From positions 77,386-141,385 of the forward strand of contig JAEYXS010000065.1 of the NCBI GenBank assembly GCA_023431185.1: a stretch of 64,000 bases of DNA, given 5' to 3'. The notes beneath the pieces are model-generated. The model was given only the letters and a program-made list of their open reading frames with translations, did no database searches and was not told the origin of the DNA. Below, piece by piece: positions 38,461 through 46,744 of the stretch. The number at the start of each line of letters is the position of its first letter. The stretch's first letter is position 1. Made by a program: the position numbers and the translations under genes. This DNA comes from Verrucomicrobiota bacterium. GTDB taxonomy: Bacteria > Verrucomicrobiota > Verrucomicrobiia > Limisphaerales > JAEYXS01.

Positions 38461-39066
38461 ATGAGCGTTGTCGCTTCAGAAGTGCACGAGATATTGCCCG
38501 GCGTCTTTCGCTGGGAATGCTTCTCGCGGGAGCACAAGGTGGAACTGACTTCGTATGCCGTGCTGGCAGAAGGGCAACTCTACCTCTTCGACCCGATTGA
38601 GCTGATCGGTGAGGCAAGGCTGCGTTTGCTGTCAAATCACACCGTCGCGGCCATCGTGCTGACGAATGAGAATCATGAGCGGGCGACGGCGGTTTGGCGT
38701 GAGCTTACCCAGGCACCGGTCTGGTTGGGGAATGGAGCCAATGTTGAACTATCTCTTGTGCATCGTTTCGCGAATGAACCAACCCAATGGGGGCCATGGA
38801 CGGTCACGCCGCTGGCAGGTGGTCCGGGCGGTGAAGTGGCTTTGCGCTGGCCGGAACGTTCTTTGGTCGTGTTAGGTGATGCCGCCTTCAATCTGCCGAA
38901 GTACGGTTTCGGACTCTTGCCGGAGAAGTATTGCGAGGATCAGCGCAGGCTGGGGGAATCTTTGCGGCGATTGACGGAGGAGCCGTTTGAGACGGCTTTA
39001 TTGGCGCATGGGGCACCGATCTTGACGGGGGCTTCGGCAAGTATTTCCGAGCTGGTGAAGAAGTAG
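38461..39066 (+). CDS. hypothetical protein, possibly degenerate MBL-fold
   Basis: ATG at 38461, in frame within ORF 38365..39066. Beta-lactamase-fold-like layout, but the HxHxDH motif is not intact (LTNENHERA). Low certainty on function. Confidence 0.4.
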   Translation: MSVVASEVHEILPGVFRWECFSREHKVELTSYAVLAEGQLYLFDPIELIGEARLRLLSNHTVAAIVLTNENHERATAVWRELTQAPVWLGNGANVELSLVHRFANEPTQWGPWTVTPLAGGPGGEVALRWPERSLVVLGDAAFNLPKYGFGLLPEKYCEDQRRLGESLRRLTEEPFETALLAHGAPILTGASASISELVKK

Positions 39067-39084
39067 AGCGAATGGTGAGGCGAG

Positions 39085-39120
39085 TTAACCACAGATGGAC
39101 ACAGATTCACACAGATGGGA
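39085..39120 (+). repeat. short intergenic element: TTAACC anchor plus 3 exact-phase 10-bp direct repeats
   Basis: GTTAACC then CACAGATGGA / CACAGATTCA / CACAGATGGG, starting at 39090, 39100 and 39110. Begins 19 nt after the stop of the upstream gene. Confidence 0.75.
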
Positions 39121-39281
39121 TTGAGGTTCCCCTGAAGTGGTGGATAGAGGAGGGATAGCCATGCGTGTGTGACCCCTTCAAAGCGAAGGGACAATCGCAG
39201 ACTGGCTGCAACGGATAGCGGTGAAAGGGATTTACCTAGGTGGAAACAGGAGGGAAAGGATCATGAGTGGCAACTTTTCAG

Positions 39282-40184
39282 TTAAGAGGGAGCATCCCCA
39301 TGCGAAACCAACTGAGCGGTTTGCAGAAGCGCCTCGACGGTCGGGCCAACCTTCTCCTTGCGATGAGCGATGGCGACGACGGCGGGTGGAGGCGCAGGGT
39401 GTAGCGGCACGAAGACCAAACGGTGCCCAGCGGTCGCAACAAAGACGGAGGCACAAATGCAAATTCCTTTGCCCGACTCAACAGCCGCCCTGAGGCTGGT
39501 CCCGCTGTCGCATTCCTCGACGATGTTAAGTTTTTTCGCCTTCGGACCGATGCTGAGGGAGATAAAATTGTAATAGTCAGGGTATTCCTTCCGAGAATAG
39601 GCAATGACCGGCTGGGTGCAGGCATCCGCCAGCGTCACCCGGCGACGGCGGGCGAAAGGATGATTTGCAGCCACGGCGACACCGACCGGATAGCTCTGTA
39701 ATTCCATGAAGGCGAGACCTCGCCCTGCCTGATGTGAGGGTTGCATCATGAGCGCGGCGTGCAACCGGCCTTCGCGTAGGCCGGCCAGCATCTCGGGAGA
39801 GGAGTGGTCGTGCAGAATGACGCGGACAGCGGGGAAGCTCCGGCGGAAAGATTGCAGCAATTTCGGCAGGATCTCCATCGTGGGCGTCGGCGCATAGCCG
39901 AGGTGCAACTCGCCTTGAGAGCCGGTGGCGACAGCACGAACCTTCTGGACGGCTTGCTCCACGCGCTTAAGCGAAGCCCTCGCCTCATCGAGAAAGACGC
40001 GTCCGGCGTCCGTAAGCCGGATCGACTTCCCGCTCCGGGCGAACAAGGCGACGCCCAGTTCCGCTTCGAGGTCGTGGATCTGCCGCGTCAGCGGCGGCTG
40101 CGAGACGTGCAAGCGCGCGGCTGCCCGCGTGACATTCTGTTCTTCGGCCACGGCGACAAAGTAGCGGAGATGGCGCAATTCCAT
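39282..40184 (-). CDS. LysR-family transcriptional regulator
   Basis: N-terminal HTH MELRHLRYFVAVAEEQNVTRAAARLHVSQPPLTRQI and a LysR substrate-binding C-domain. Confidence 0.9.
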   Translation of the reverse strand: MELRHLRYFVAVAEEQNVTRAAARLHVSQPPLTRQIHDLEAELGVALFARSGKSIRLTDAGRVFLDEARASLKRVEQAVQKVRAVATGSQGELHLGYAPTPTMEILPKLLQSFRRSFPAVRVILHDHSSPEMLAGLREGRLHAALMMQPSHQAGRGLAFMELQSYPVGVAVAANHPFARRRRVTLADACTQPVIAYSRKEYPDYYNFISLSIGPKAKKLNIVEECDSGTSLRAAVESGKGICICASVFVATAGHRLVFVPLHPAPPPAVVAIAHRKEKVGPTVEALLQTAQLVSHGDAPS

Positions 40185-40197
40185 TTCAGCCCCAACG

Positions 40198-40212
40198 ATA
40201 CCCGAAAGGTAT
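40198..40212. promoter_or_regulatory. LysR-type T-N11-A box in the divergent intergenic region
   Basis: ATACC-CGAAA-GGTAT perfect dyad (T-N11-A core), 14 nt upstream of the LysR start and about 85 nt upstream of the cyclase gene. Confidence 0.5.
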
Positions 40213-40297
40213 TACGACTCAAGGAACATGATATTTCCGGACCGCAGCAGGGCGGGTTTATCGTCGATCTGAAGTTCGAAACGATGAAACCAAAAAT

Positions 40298-41314
40298 ATG
40301 AAAGACATGAAAACAACAACGGCAAACAAAACGATAATGACTGCTACATCTCTCCTGCTCGCGGGACTGCTCGCCCTGCAAAGCTCCTTTGCAGAGCAAC
40401 CGGAACGGGTCGGCAAAAGCCCGTGGGGTGCGGATGATCAAATCGGGGCGCTCAACCTGATGACGCCGGAGTCGCGACTCGCCATACTGTCGCGCATCGC
40501 CTCCGGCGAGACCTACGATCTGAGTGTGGAGTATTTTGTGGGGATGCCGAGTTTTCACCATCTGGGCGACCCCGGCTACCAGTACTGGCTCACGCACACG
40601 CCGCGCGGCACGGTGGTGGACAATCCCAATGGGCTGGGCGAGCGCATGAACTCCAAGGTGAGTTACACCGGTGACGCCATCTCGATGTACACCCATATGG
40701 GCACGCACATCGATGCGTTGAATCATTTCGGTCTGGACGGGAAGATCTGGAACGGTTTCACGCCAGACAAGCATTTGGGGGACAAGGGATGGAAGAAAAC
40801 CGGCGCGGAGACCATTCCACCCATCATTGCGCGCGGCGTGATGATCGATGTGGCGGCCTACAAGGGTGTGGCTGCATTGACCAACAACTATCGCGTCAGC
40901 GCGGATGATCTGAAGGGCGCACTGCGCAAGCAGGGTGTCCGGCTGGCGAAAGGCGACGTGGTGCTTATCCGCACCGGTCAGGCCCGTCATTACCATGAGG
41001 CTGCCAAGTACCTGCATGACTACCCGGGTGTGAGCTTGGAGGCCGTGAAATGGCTCGTGGAGCAGCAGGGCGCGATGCTGCTCGGGGCGGATAATCTCAG
41101 TCTGGAAGCCTTCCCGCCCGAGCGAACGGACAATTGGGTGCCCGTGCACACGTATCTTCTGGCCGAGCGTGGTGTGATGTTCATCGAGCAAATGTTTCTG
41201 GAAGATCTCTCGCGTGACCGGGTCTATGAATTTGCCTTCATCGCGGCATCCTTGAAGTTGAGGGGGGCGAGCGGCTCACCGATGCGGCCGATCGCGCTAC
41301 CGGTCGTGAAGTGA
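40298..41314 (+). CDS. secreted cyclase-family protein (kynurenine formamidase-like fold)
   Basis: Signal peptide. HMGTHIDALNHF (HxGTHxDxxxH) metal-binding motif. Confidence 0.75.
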   Translation: MKDMKTTTANKTIMTATSLLLAGLLALQSSFAEQPERVGKSPWGADDQIGALNLMTPESRLAILSRIASGETYDLSVEYFVGMPSFHHLGDPGYQYWLTHTPRGTVVDNPNGLGERMNSKVSYTGDAISMYTHMGTHIDALNHFGLDGKIWNGFTPDKHLGDKGWKKTGAETIPPIIARGVMIDVAAYKGVAALTNNYRVSADDLKGALRKQGVRLAKGDVVLIRTGQARHYHEAAKYLHDYPGVSLEAVKWLVEQQGAMLLGADNLSLEAFPPERTDNWVPVHTYLLAERGVMFIEQMFLEDLSRDRVYEFAFIAASLKLRGASGSPMRPIALPVVK

Positions 41315-41436
41315 GCGCAGACCGTAGTGCCCACGCCAGCCAGACAAGTGGAAACTTTGCTGCACAACGTGAAGGTGCATGGGAACATCCGCTGGCTGCC
41401 GCAGGGCGGTGATTGAGAGAATACTGAAGCAAACCT

Positions 41437-41931
41437 ATGAAAGACTCATCTATGAATGTTGAAGCGCGTCTCCAGGAGATGGGCCTGAAATTGCCCGCAC
41501 CACCCAAGCCCGCCGGAAATTACCAACCATGGCGGCGGGCGGGCCAGTTACTGTATCTCTCTGCGCAGTTTCCCATCGAGGACGGCCAATTGCGTTACAC
41601 GGGTCAGGTCGGCGCGGACTTGACGGAAGCCGAGGGTTACGCCGCTGCACGACTGGCCGCTCTGAATGTGCTCGCGCAAATCCAATCAGCGCTGGGCGGA
41701 TTCGATCAACTCGAAACGCTTGCGCGGGTGGAAGGTCATGTGGCCAGCGCCAACGGCTGGCTCAATGCGCCGCGCGTTTTGGATGGCGCTTCCGACCTGT
41801 TTGTCGCCGTATTGGCGGAACGCGGGCAGCACACACGTGCGGCCTTCACGCCCGCGCGACTGCCGCTAGACCTTACGGTCGAGCTCGTCGTCACCGCAGT
41901 CATCCGGCAAACAGCAACCTTGCCTCACTGA
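41437..41931 (+). CDS. RidA/YjgF-family protein
   Basis: 164 aa. LPAPPKPAGNYQPW...G.LLYLSAQ...G pattern and a C-terminal ARAAF...LP..L.VE motif. Confidence 0.7.
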   Translation: MKDSSMNVEARLQEMGLKLPAPPKPAGNYQPWRRAGQLLYLSAQFPIEDGQLRYTGQVGADLTEAEGYAAARLAALNVLAQIQSALGGFDQLETLARVEGHVASANGWLNAPRVLDGASDLFVAVLAERGQHTRAAFTPARLPLDLTVELVVTAVIRQTATLPH

Positions 41932-41932
41932 T

Positions 41933-42343
41933 ATGCTCCGGCCAACGCACATCGCCGAGACCGCCCTGTATGTGGACGACCTCGATCGCGCCATCCAGTT
42001 TTACAGCGATCTGTTGGAATGCCCAATTATCCGCCGCGATGAACGCTTCGGCGTGCTCCGCCTCGCGGACGGGCAAGTCCTGCTGCTGTTCAGGCGGGGG
42101 CATTCCCGGCAACCCATCCGACTGAACGATGACGCGATAATTCCTGGCCACGATGGTTCTGGCCCCCTGCACGTCTGTTTTGGAATCCAAGCCAGCGAGC
42201 TATCCTCTTGGGAACGCAAGCTGGAGCAACTTGGCATCGCGATCGAGAGCCGCGTCCGTTGGCCCGGGAGCGCCACGAGCCTTTATTTACGGGACCCAGA
42301 CAATCATGTGGTGGAATTGGCCACGCCGGGTTTATGGGGCTGA
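41933..42343 (+). CDS. VOC/glyoxalase-family protein
   Basis: 136 aa. HIAETALYVDDLDRAIQFY paired beta-alpha-beta-beta-beta module and a C-terminal SLYLRDPDNHVVEL. Confidence 0.75.
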   Translation: MLRPTHIAETALYVDDLDRAIQFYSDLLECPIIRRDERFGVLRLADGQVLLLFRRGHSRQPIRLNDDAIIPGHDGSGPLHVCFGIQASELSSWERKLEQLGIAIESRVRWPGSATSLYLRDPDNHVVELATPGLWG

Positions 42344-43140
42344 CTGGAGAACTGAAAGGCGGTTAGGAGTTGAAAATAGAACCGTCTAAGCATGAAAGGA
42401 AACAGCACTGATATAATTGCCTCACACTGGAAGTGAAAATATTTTCGGGTGCAAGTTTTTGAGAGGGAGGGGATTAGGGATTTTGGTTTTTTGGATGTGG
42501 AAAATTTATTGTGGTGACGGGTTTTTGTGATAGTATTTAGGGGCTGGCAGCTCGCTGCTGGTAAAGGACGGGGTAAAGCCCAGTTTCAGGTTTCTGGTCT
42601 CAAGTTTCAGGTCAGGAACACGAAGAAGAGGGCGGTAATCCCAGGTCACTAAGCATGATGATGCATGGCATTGTTGTGTCCTGCGTTGGCGGGGAGGTGA
42701 CGAGTCCTTATGGGGCCATCATCAGGGATGTGCGAGGTGAGAGGGGCGAAGTGCGACTCTCGCTTCGGAGTCTCTGTTGAAGTTCGGTAGGGCAGTTGCG
42801 GAAAGAGTTTGGGCGGCGGAGCACCTCCGCCCTACCGGACTAGAATAGGATCTGTGGGTGTGTCGGGTGTTTGGGTCGGGGCTCGTAAGCTGGAGGGGGA
42901 ACGGGACGTCGGGCGGCGTAGGATGTTATGACCGACCGGGAAATCTCTAGGTCGAAGTTCGACTGCCGTACCCACTGCGGAACCAGCCGGGCTTTGGACA
43001 AATGCGAGGTGTGAAGTTCGAGGTGCGAAGTATGCACTGCGAGGTTCGGCGTCGAATTGACTTCTTGAATGAGGAGGGTTGGACGGGATGCACGCACAGG
43101 GGTCGGGTGGTTTCATTGCTCTTTGAAATAAGTTCTCTGT

Positions 43141-43175
43141 TTAACCGCAGATGGACGCAGATAAACGCAGATGAG
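43141..43175 (+). repeat. second clear copy of the TTAACC + 3x10-bp element
   Basis: TTAACC then CGCAGATGGA / CGCAGATAAA / CGCAGATGAG, starting at 43146, 43156 and 43166. Confidence 0.75.
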
Positions 43176-43209
43176 GGAGAGGGGGTGTTAAAGCTCCTCC
43201 TCTCCCTGG

Positions 43210-43241
43210 CCCTCTCCTCCATTTATCAATGGAGGAGAGGG
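43210..43241. repeat. perfect 13-bp-stem hairpin
   Basis: CCCTCTCCTCCAT-TTATCA-ATGGAGGAGAGGG, inside the ORF-free region. Confidence 0.6.
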
Positions 43242-43576
43242 GAATGGAACTGTGCGTATGTGAGTCTTAGGTGGTTAATGGAGTGGCTGGCGAGGGTTTG
43301 GTTTCGGGAGGTGTGGACTAGTGGCTAGAGTGCCGCAGGACAGGATGCTATCGCGGAGTGTCACATCAAACAAACTGGATGGTAGGCTGCTTCGAGGGAA
43401 CGTGAAATTGGAGAATGGGATTGGGAGCTTGGTTCTGGGGAGTTCGAAGGTGAAGTTGCTGGTTGGCCGGGGTCACTCCGTGCGTTACAAGCGCGGAGTG
43501 ATACCGGCAGGCCGGGGGAATTGAGTGATGTTGATTGTGCCTTGCACTTTGACTGGTCGCATTTACCTTTGGCGTC

Positions 43577-43849
43577 ATGGCGAATGCGCCCAAGAAAAAA
43601 AGCAAAGCCAAAGCCATGATGCTTGGCGTGGGTCTGGATACGGATGGTCACAAGCGGGTGACCAAAGGGGATAACTTTACCCTCGTGGGCGGCAGCAAGG
43701 ATACCCACGAGGAGATGACCGAGAAGGCCATCAAGATCAATGAGAAGCTCAAAGCCCGTGGCAAGACGTTGGAATCCGTGAGCCATGAGGAGTTTGATGA
43801 CATCGCGCACGCGGTCGGGTTAAGGCGGAACAACAATCAGGCGAACTGA
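43577..43849 (+). CDS. hypothetical small protein (90 aa, Lys-rich N-terminus)
   Basis: ATG start and a clean ORF with coding-like composition (MANAPKKKSKAKAMMLGVGLDTDGHKRVTKGDNFTLVGGSKDTHEEMTEKA...). No family recognised by eye. Confidence 0.5.
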   Translation: MANAPKKKSKAKAMMLGVGLDTDGHKRVTKGDNFTLVGGSKDTHEEMTEKAIKINEKLKARGKTLESVSHEEFDDIAHAVGLRRNNNQAN

Positions 43850-43877
43850 ACGGGCGAGTGATTTTGCCGCCAGTTTC

Positions 43878-43906
43878 TTGACGTGTGGCCGGTGCATGGT
43901 TAGTTT
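43878..43906 (+). promoter_or_regulatory. candidate sigma70-type promoter of the nuo operon
   Basis: TTGACG (43878-43883), a 17-nt spacer, then TAGTTT (43901-43906), about 30 nt upstream of the nuoA ATG. Confidence 0.35.
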
Positions 43907-43937
43907 GCACCCAAGATTCCACTCGAGGCGTAAACTG

Positions 43938-44318
43938 ATGTTGGCGGTCGCATACCATCCTTATCTGTTTCTGGCCGTTTTACTTGGGATAGCCGTCATC
44001 TTCCCGCTCATACCGCTGGCGCTCGCGAAGCTCTGGTCCAAGAAGTTTTCCCCGCCCAAGCCCGGTCCGGATAAGAATGCGACTTACGAATGCGGCTTGG
44101 AGTCGAAAGGTGATGCCTGGGTGCAGTTCAAGTCGGAGTATTATCTCTACGGCATCCTGTTCCTGATCTTTGATGTGGAGACGGTTTTCCTGCTGCCCTT
44201 CGCGGTGGCGTTCACGAATCTGTCGGCTGGTGCTTTCATCGCCATCATGTTTTTCCTGCTCTTGCTGGCGGAAGGTTTGCTGTGGGCGTGGAAGAAGGGT
44301 GTCTTGAACTGGAAGTAA
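43938..44318 (+). CDS. nuoA: complex I subunit A
   Basis: The ATG at 43938 gives a 126-aa protein with 3 TM helices, YECG and FDVE motifs. The TTG-extended N-terminus in the track looks non-coding. Confidence 0.85.
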   Translation: MLAVAYHPYLFLAVLLGIAVIFPLIPLALAKLWSKKFSPPKPGPDKNATYECGLESKGDAWVQFKSEYYLYGILFLIFDVETVFLLPFAVAFTNLSAGAFIAIMFFLLLLAEGLLWAWKKGVLNWK

Positions 44319-44321
44319 CTC

Positions 44322-44936
44322 ATGGATGAAGGGCTGCGTAACGAGTTGAGCAAACAGGGCGTGTTCACCACGACCTTGAGCGATATCTATAACTGGGGTC
44401 GTCGCAGTTCGGTGTGGCCGCTCCAGTTCGGGCTCGCGTGTTGCGCCATCGAGATGATCGCGGCGTCCATGGCGCGATATGACCTGGCGCGTTTCGGTGC
44501 GGAAGTGTTCCGGCCCTCACCACGGCAGGCGGATCTCATGATCGTGGCCGGCACGGTGACCAAGAAGATGGCACCGCAAGTGGTGCGGCTCTACAATCAG
44601 ATGCCGGAGCCGAAGTATGTCATCGCGATGGGTGCGTGTGCGATCTCTGGCGGACCGTTCAAGCAAGGTTACAATGTGCTCAAGGGCATTGACCGTTATA
44701 TCCCGGTGGATGTGCACATCCCAGGCTGTCCACCGCGACCAGAAGCGCTCTTGCATGCGTTCATGACCTTGCAACGCAAGATCGATGAGCAGGCGATGAG
44801 CGGTAAGGCGCGGCCCCGTCATCTCGATCCGGATGCACCCAGTGAATTTCCCGTCCCACAATTCGGTGAGCATGACTTGGTGCCGCCGAAGAATGAGAAG
44901 GTGTGGGAACCGGCAACGGTGATTCGGAATGGCTGA
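44322..44936 (+). CDS. nuoB: complex I subunit B (N2 cluster subunit)
   Basis: [16 protein letters not shown] and GCPPRPEAL cysteine motifs. Confidence 0.92.
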   Translation: MDEGLRNELSKQGVFTTTLSDIYNWGRRSSVWPLQFGLACCAIEMIAASMARYDLARFGAEVFRPSPRQADLMIVAGTVTKKMAPQVVRLYNQMPEPKYVIAMGACAISGGPFKQGYNVLKGIDRYIPVDVHIPGCPPRPEALLHAFMTLQRKIDEQAMSGKARPRHLDPDAPSEFPVPQFGEHDLVPPKNEKVWEPATVIRNG

Positions 44937-44942
44937 AGAACC

Positions 44943-45566
44943 ATGAAAGATATCGAGTCCATCAGGCAACAGATCGTCGCGAGCGTGCCCGGCGCGCTGG
45001 TGACGCTGGTGCCGAACGACTCGCCGGCGAACCAGCCTTCGTTGCTGGTTGATGCATCTCATGCCATCGCTGTGGCGACTTATTTGCGGGATGGTTCGGA
45101 GTTGCACTTTGATTATTGCTCCAACGCCACTGGCGTGGATTGGCTTGATACGGAGCAGAAGGTGAAGATCAAACAGATGGTGGATGGCGTGGAGAAAGAG
45201 GTCGAGCAGGTCACCAAGAAGCCGGGCTATCTGGAGGCGGTTTATCATCTCTACTCCATCGAGAAGCGGCATGGCCCCTTGGTGATAAGGCTGCGCACGG
45301 TCAATCGTACGGATCAGACGGAGTTGCCTTCGCTCACGCCGGTCTGGCGCAGTTGTGAATTTCAGGAGCGGGAGATCTACGATCTTTACGGCATCATTTT
45401 CACCGGGCATCCAGATCTGCGACGCATCCTCATGTGGGATGGCTTCAAGGATTTTCCGATGCGCAAGGATTACGTTGAGCCGGATGACTACGAGTATGAG
45501 CCGACGCCGCACGATGAGGTGCTGGAGAAGGCGAAGGCGCACTATCAAACGGGGGTGAAACCATGA
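44943..45566 (+). CDS. nuoC: complex I subunit C
   Basis: 207 aa. [27 protein letters not shown] signature. Confidence 0.9.
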   Translation: MKDIESIRQQIVASVPGALVTLVPNDSPANQPSLLVDASHAIAVATYLRDGSELHFDYCSNATGVDWLDTEQKVKIKQMVDGVEKEVEQVTKKPGYLEAVYHLYSIEKRHGPLVIRLRTVNRTDQTELPSLTPVWRSCEFQEREIYDLYGIIFTGHPDLRRILMWDGFKDFPMRKDYVEPDDYEYEPTPHDEVLEKAKAHYQTGVKP

Positions 45567-46741
45567 ACACGGAGATCATGGCCGAGCCGCCGAAGAATTA
45601 TGAAGTGCATCCGAAGGAGCCGGGGCACTTCGATGGAGATGTGGGCGATCTGCTCGAGGTCTCCATGGGGCCGCATCACCCGTCCACGCATGGTGTCTTC
45701 CGCATGGATGTGGTGCTGGATGGCGAGCGCGTGGTGAAGCTCAAGCCGGTCTTCGGTTACCTGCATCGGAATCATGAGAAGATCGGGGAAGGGGCCAGCT
45801 ACCTCGCCTCGATGCCTTACACGGACCGGCTCGATTACTTTTGCTCGATGACGAACAACTGGGCTTACGCCTTGTCCGTCGAGAAGCTGGCCGGTTTGCA
45901 AGTGCCAGAGCGGGCGGAATATATCCGTGTCATCACGGCCGAATTGACGCGCCTGGTGAATCACACCTGTCTCATGGGGTTCCTCGTGCAGGACATGGGT
46001 GCACTGGGGACGCCGCTCATGTATGCCTTCCGTGAGCGGGAGAAGATCCTGGATCTGTTCGAATCACTGAGTGGTGCGCGCATGATGTGCAATTACATGC
46101 GCTTCGGTGGCTGCCGTTGCGATTTGCCTGCTGGCTGGCTGGAGCAAGCGCAGCAAGTGGTGGATGAGTATCCGCGTTTTCTGGATGAATACGAACATCT
46201 GCTCATGGGTAATGAAATCCTCATGGCGCGCAGCCAGAACGTGGGTGTGTTACCGAAGGCGTTGGCCATCAGTGCAGGCATCACTGGCCCGATGTTGCGT
46301 GCGAGCGGAGTGAACTATGACATCCGCAAAGTGGATAAATACGGTATCTATGACCGTTTCACGTTCCGCGTGCCATTGGGTGAGCATGGCGATGTCTATG
46401 ACCGCTTGATGGTGCGTTTGCTAGAGATGCGTGAATCGGTCGGCATTTTGCAACAAGCGTTGAAGGCGATCCCCGAGGGGCCGATCGTGGATCCGAAGGC
46501 CAAATTGCGCGGGTTCAAGCCCAAGGCGGGCGAGGCGTATGGCCGCATCGAAGCGCCAAAAGGGGAGTTGGGTTTCTATCTCATCAGTGATGGCACGCCG
46601 AATCCGTATCGTTATCGGGTGCGTCCACCGAGCTTCGTGAATTTGACGGTGCTGGAAGACATGTGTCTCGGTCATTCCGTGGCGGATGTGGTGATCATCT
46701 TGGGCAGTGTGGATATTGTGCTTGGCGAGGTGGATCGATAA
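45563..46741 (+). CDS. nuoD: complex I subunit D
   Basis: 392 aa. [19 protein letters not shown], and a C-terminal DIVLGEVDR. Confidence 0.92.
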   Translation: MNTEIMAEPPKNYEVHPKEPGHFDGDVGDLLEVSMGPHHPSTHGVFRMDVVLDGERVVKLKPVFGYLHRNHEKIGEGASYLASMPYTDRLDYFCSMTNNWAYALSVEKLAGLQVPERAEYIRVITAELTRLVNHTCLMGFLVQDMGALGTPLMYAFREREKILDLFESLSGARMMCNYMRFGGCRCDLPAGWLEQAQQVVDEYPRFLDEYEHLLMGNEILMARSQNVGVLPKALAISAGITGPMLRASGVNYDIRKVDKYGIYDRFTFRVPLGEHGDVYDRLMVRLLEMRESVGILQQALKAIPEGPIVDPKAKLRGFKPKAGEAYGRIEAPKGELGFYLISDGTPNPYRYRVRPPSFVNLTVLEDMCLGHSVADVVIILGSVDIVLGEVDR

Positions 46742-46744
46742 GTT

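Noticed and set aside
42320-43576. Looked for tmRNA, RNase P RNA, SRP/4.5S, 6S RNA or rRNA fragments in the 1.2-kb ORF-free region; a GGGGCTGA at ~42330 resembles a tmRNA 5' end.
   Set aside because: GGGGCTGA is simply the last codons and stop of the VOC gene (LWG*). I found no tRNA-like 3' end, tag-peptide reading frame, or conserved RNase P or SRP boxes by eye. A covariance-model scan would be needed to be sure.
43878-43937. TTG-initiated 20-codon N-terminal extension of nuoA (MTCGRCMVSLHPRFHSRRKL...).
   Set aside because: The extension is Cys/Arg-rich and not NuoA-like. The TTG is part of a TTGACG-N17-TAGTTT promoter-like arrangement. The ATG at 43938 yields a standard-length NuoA.
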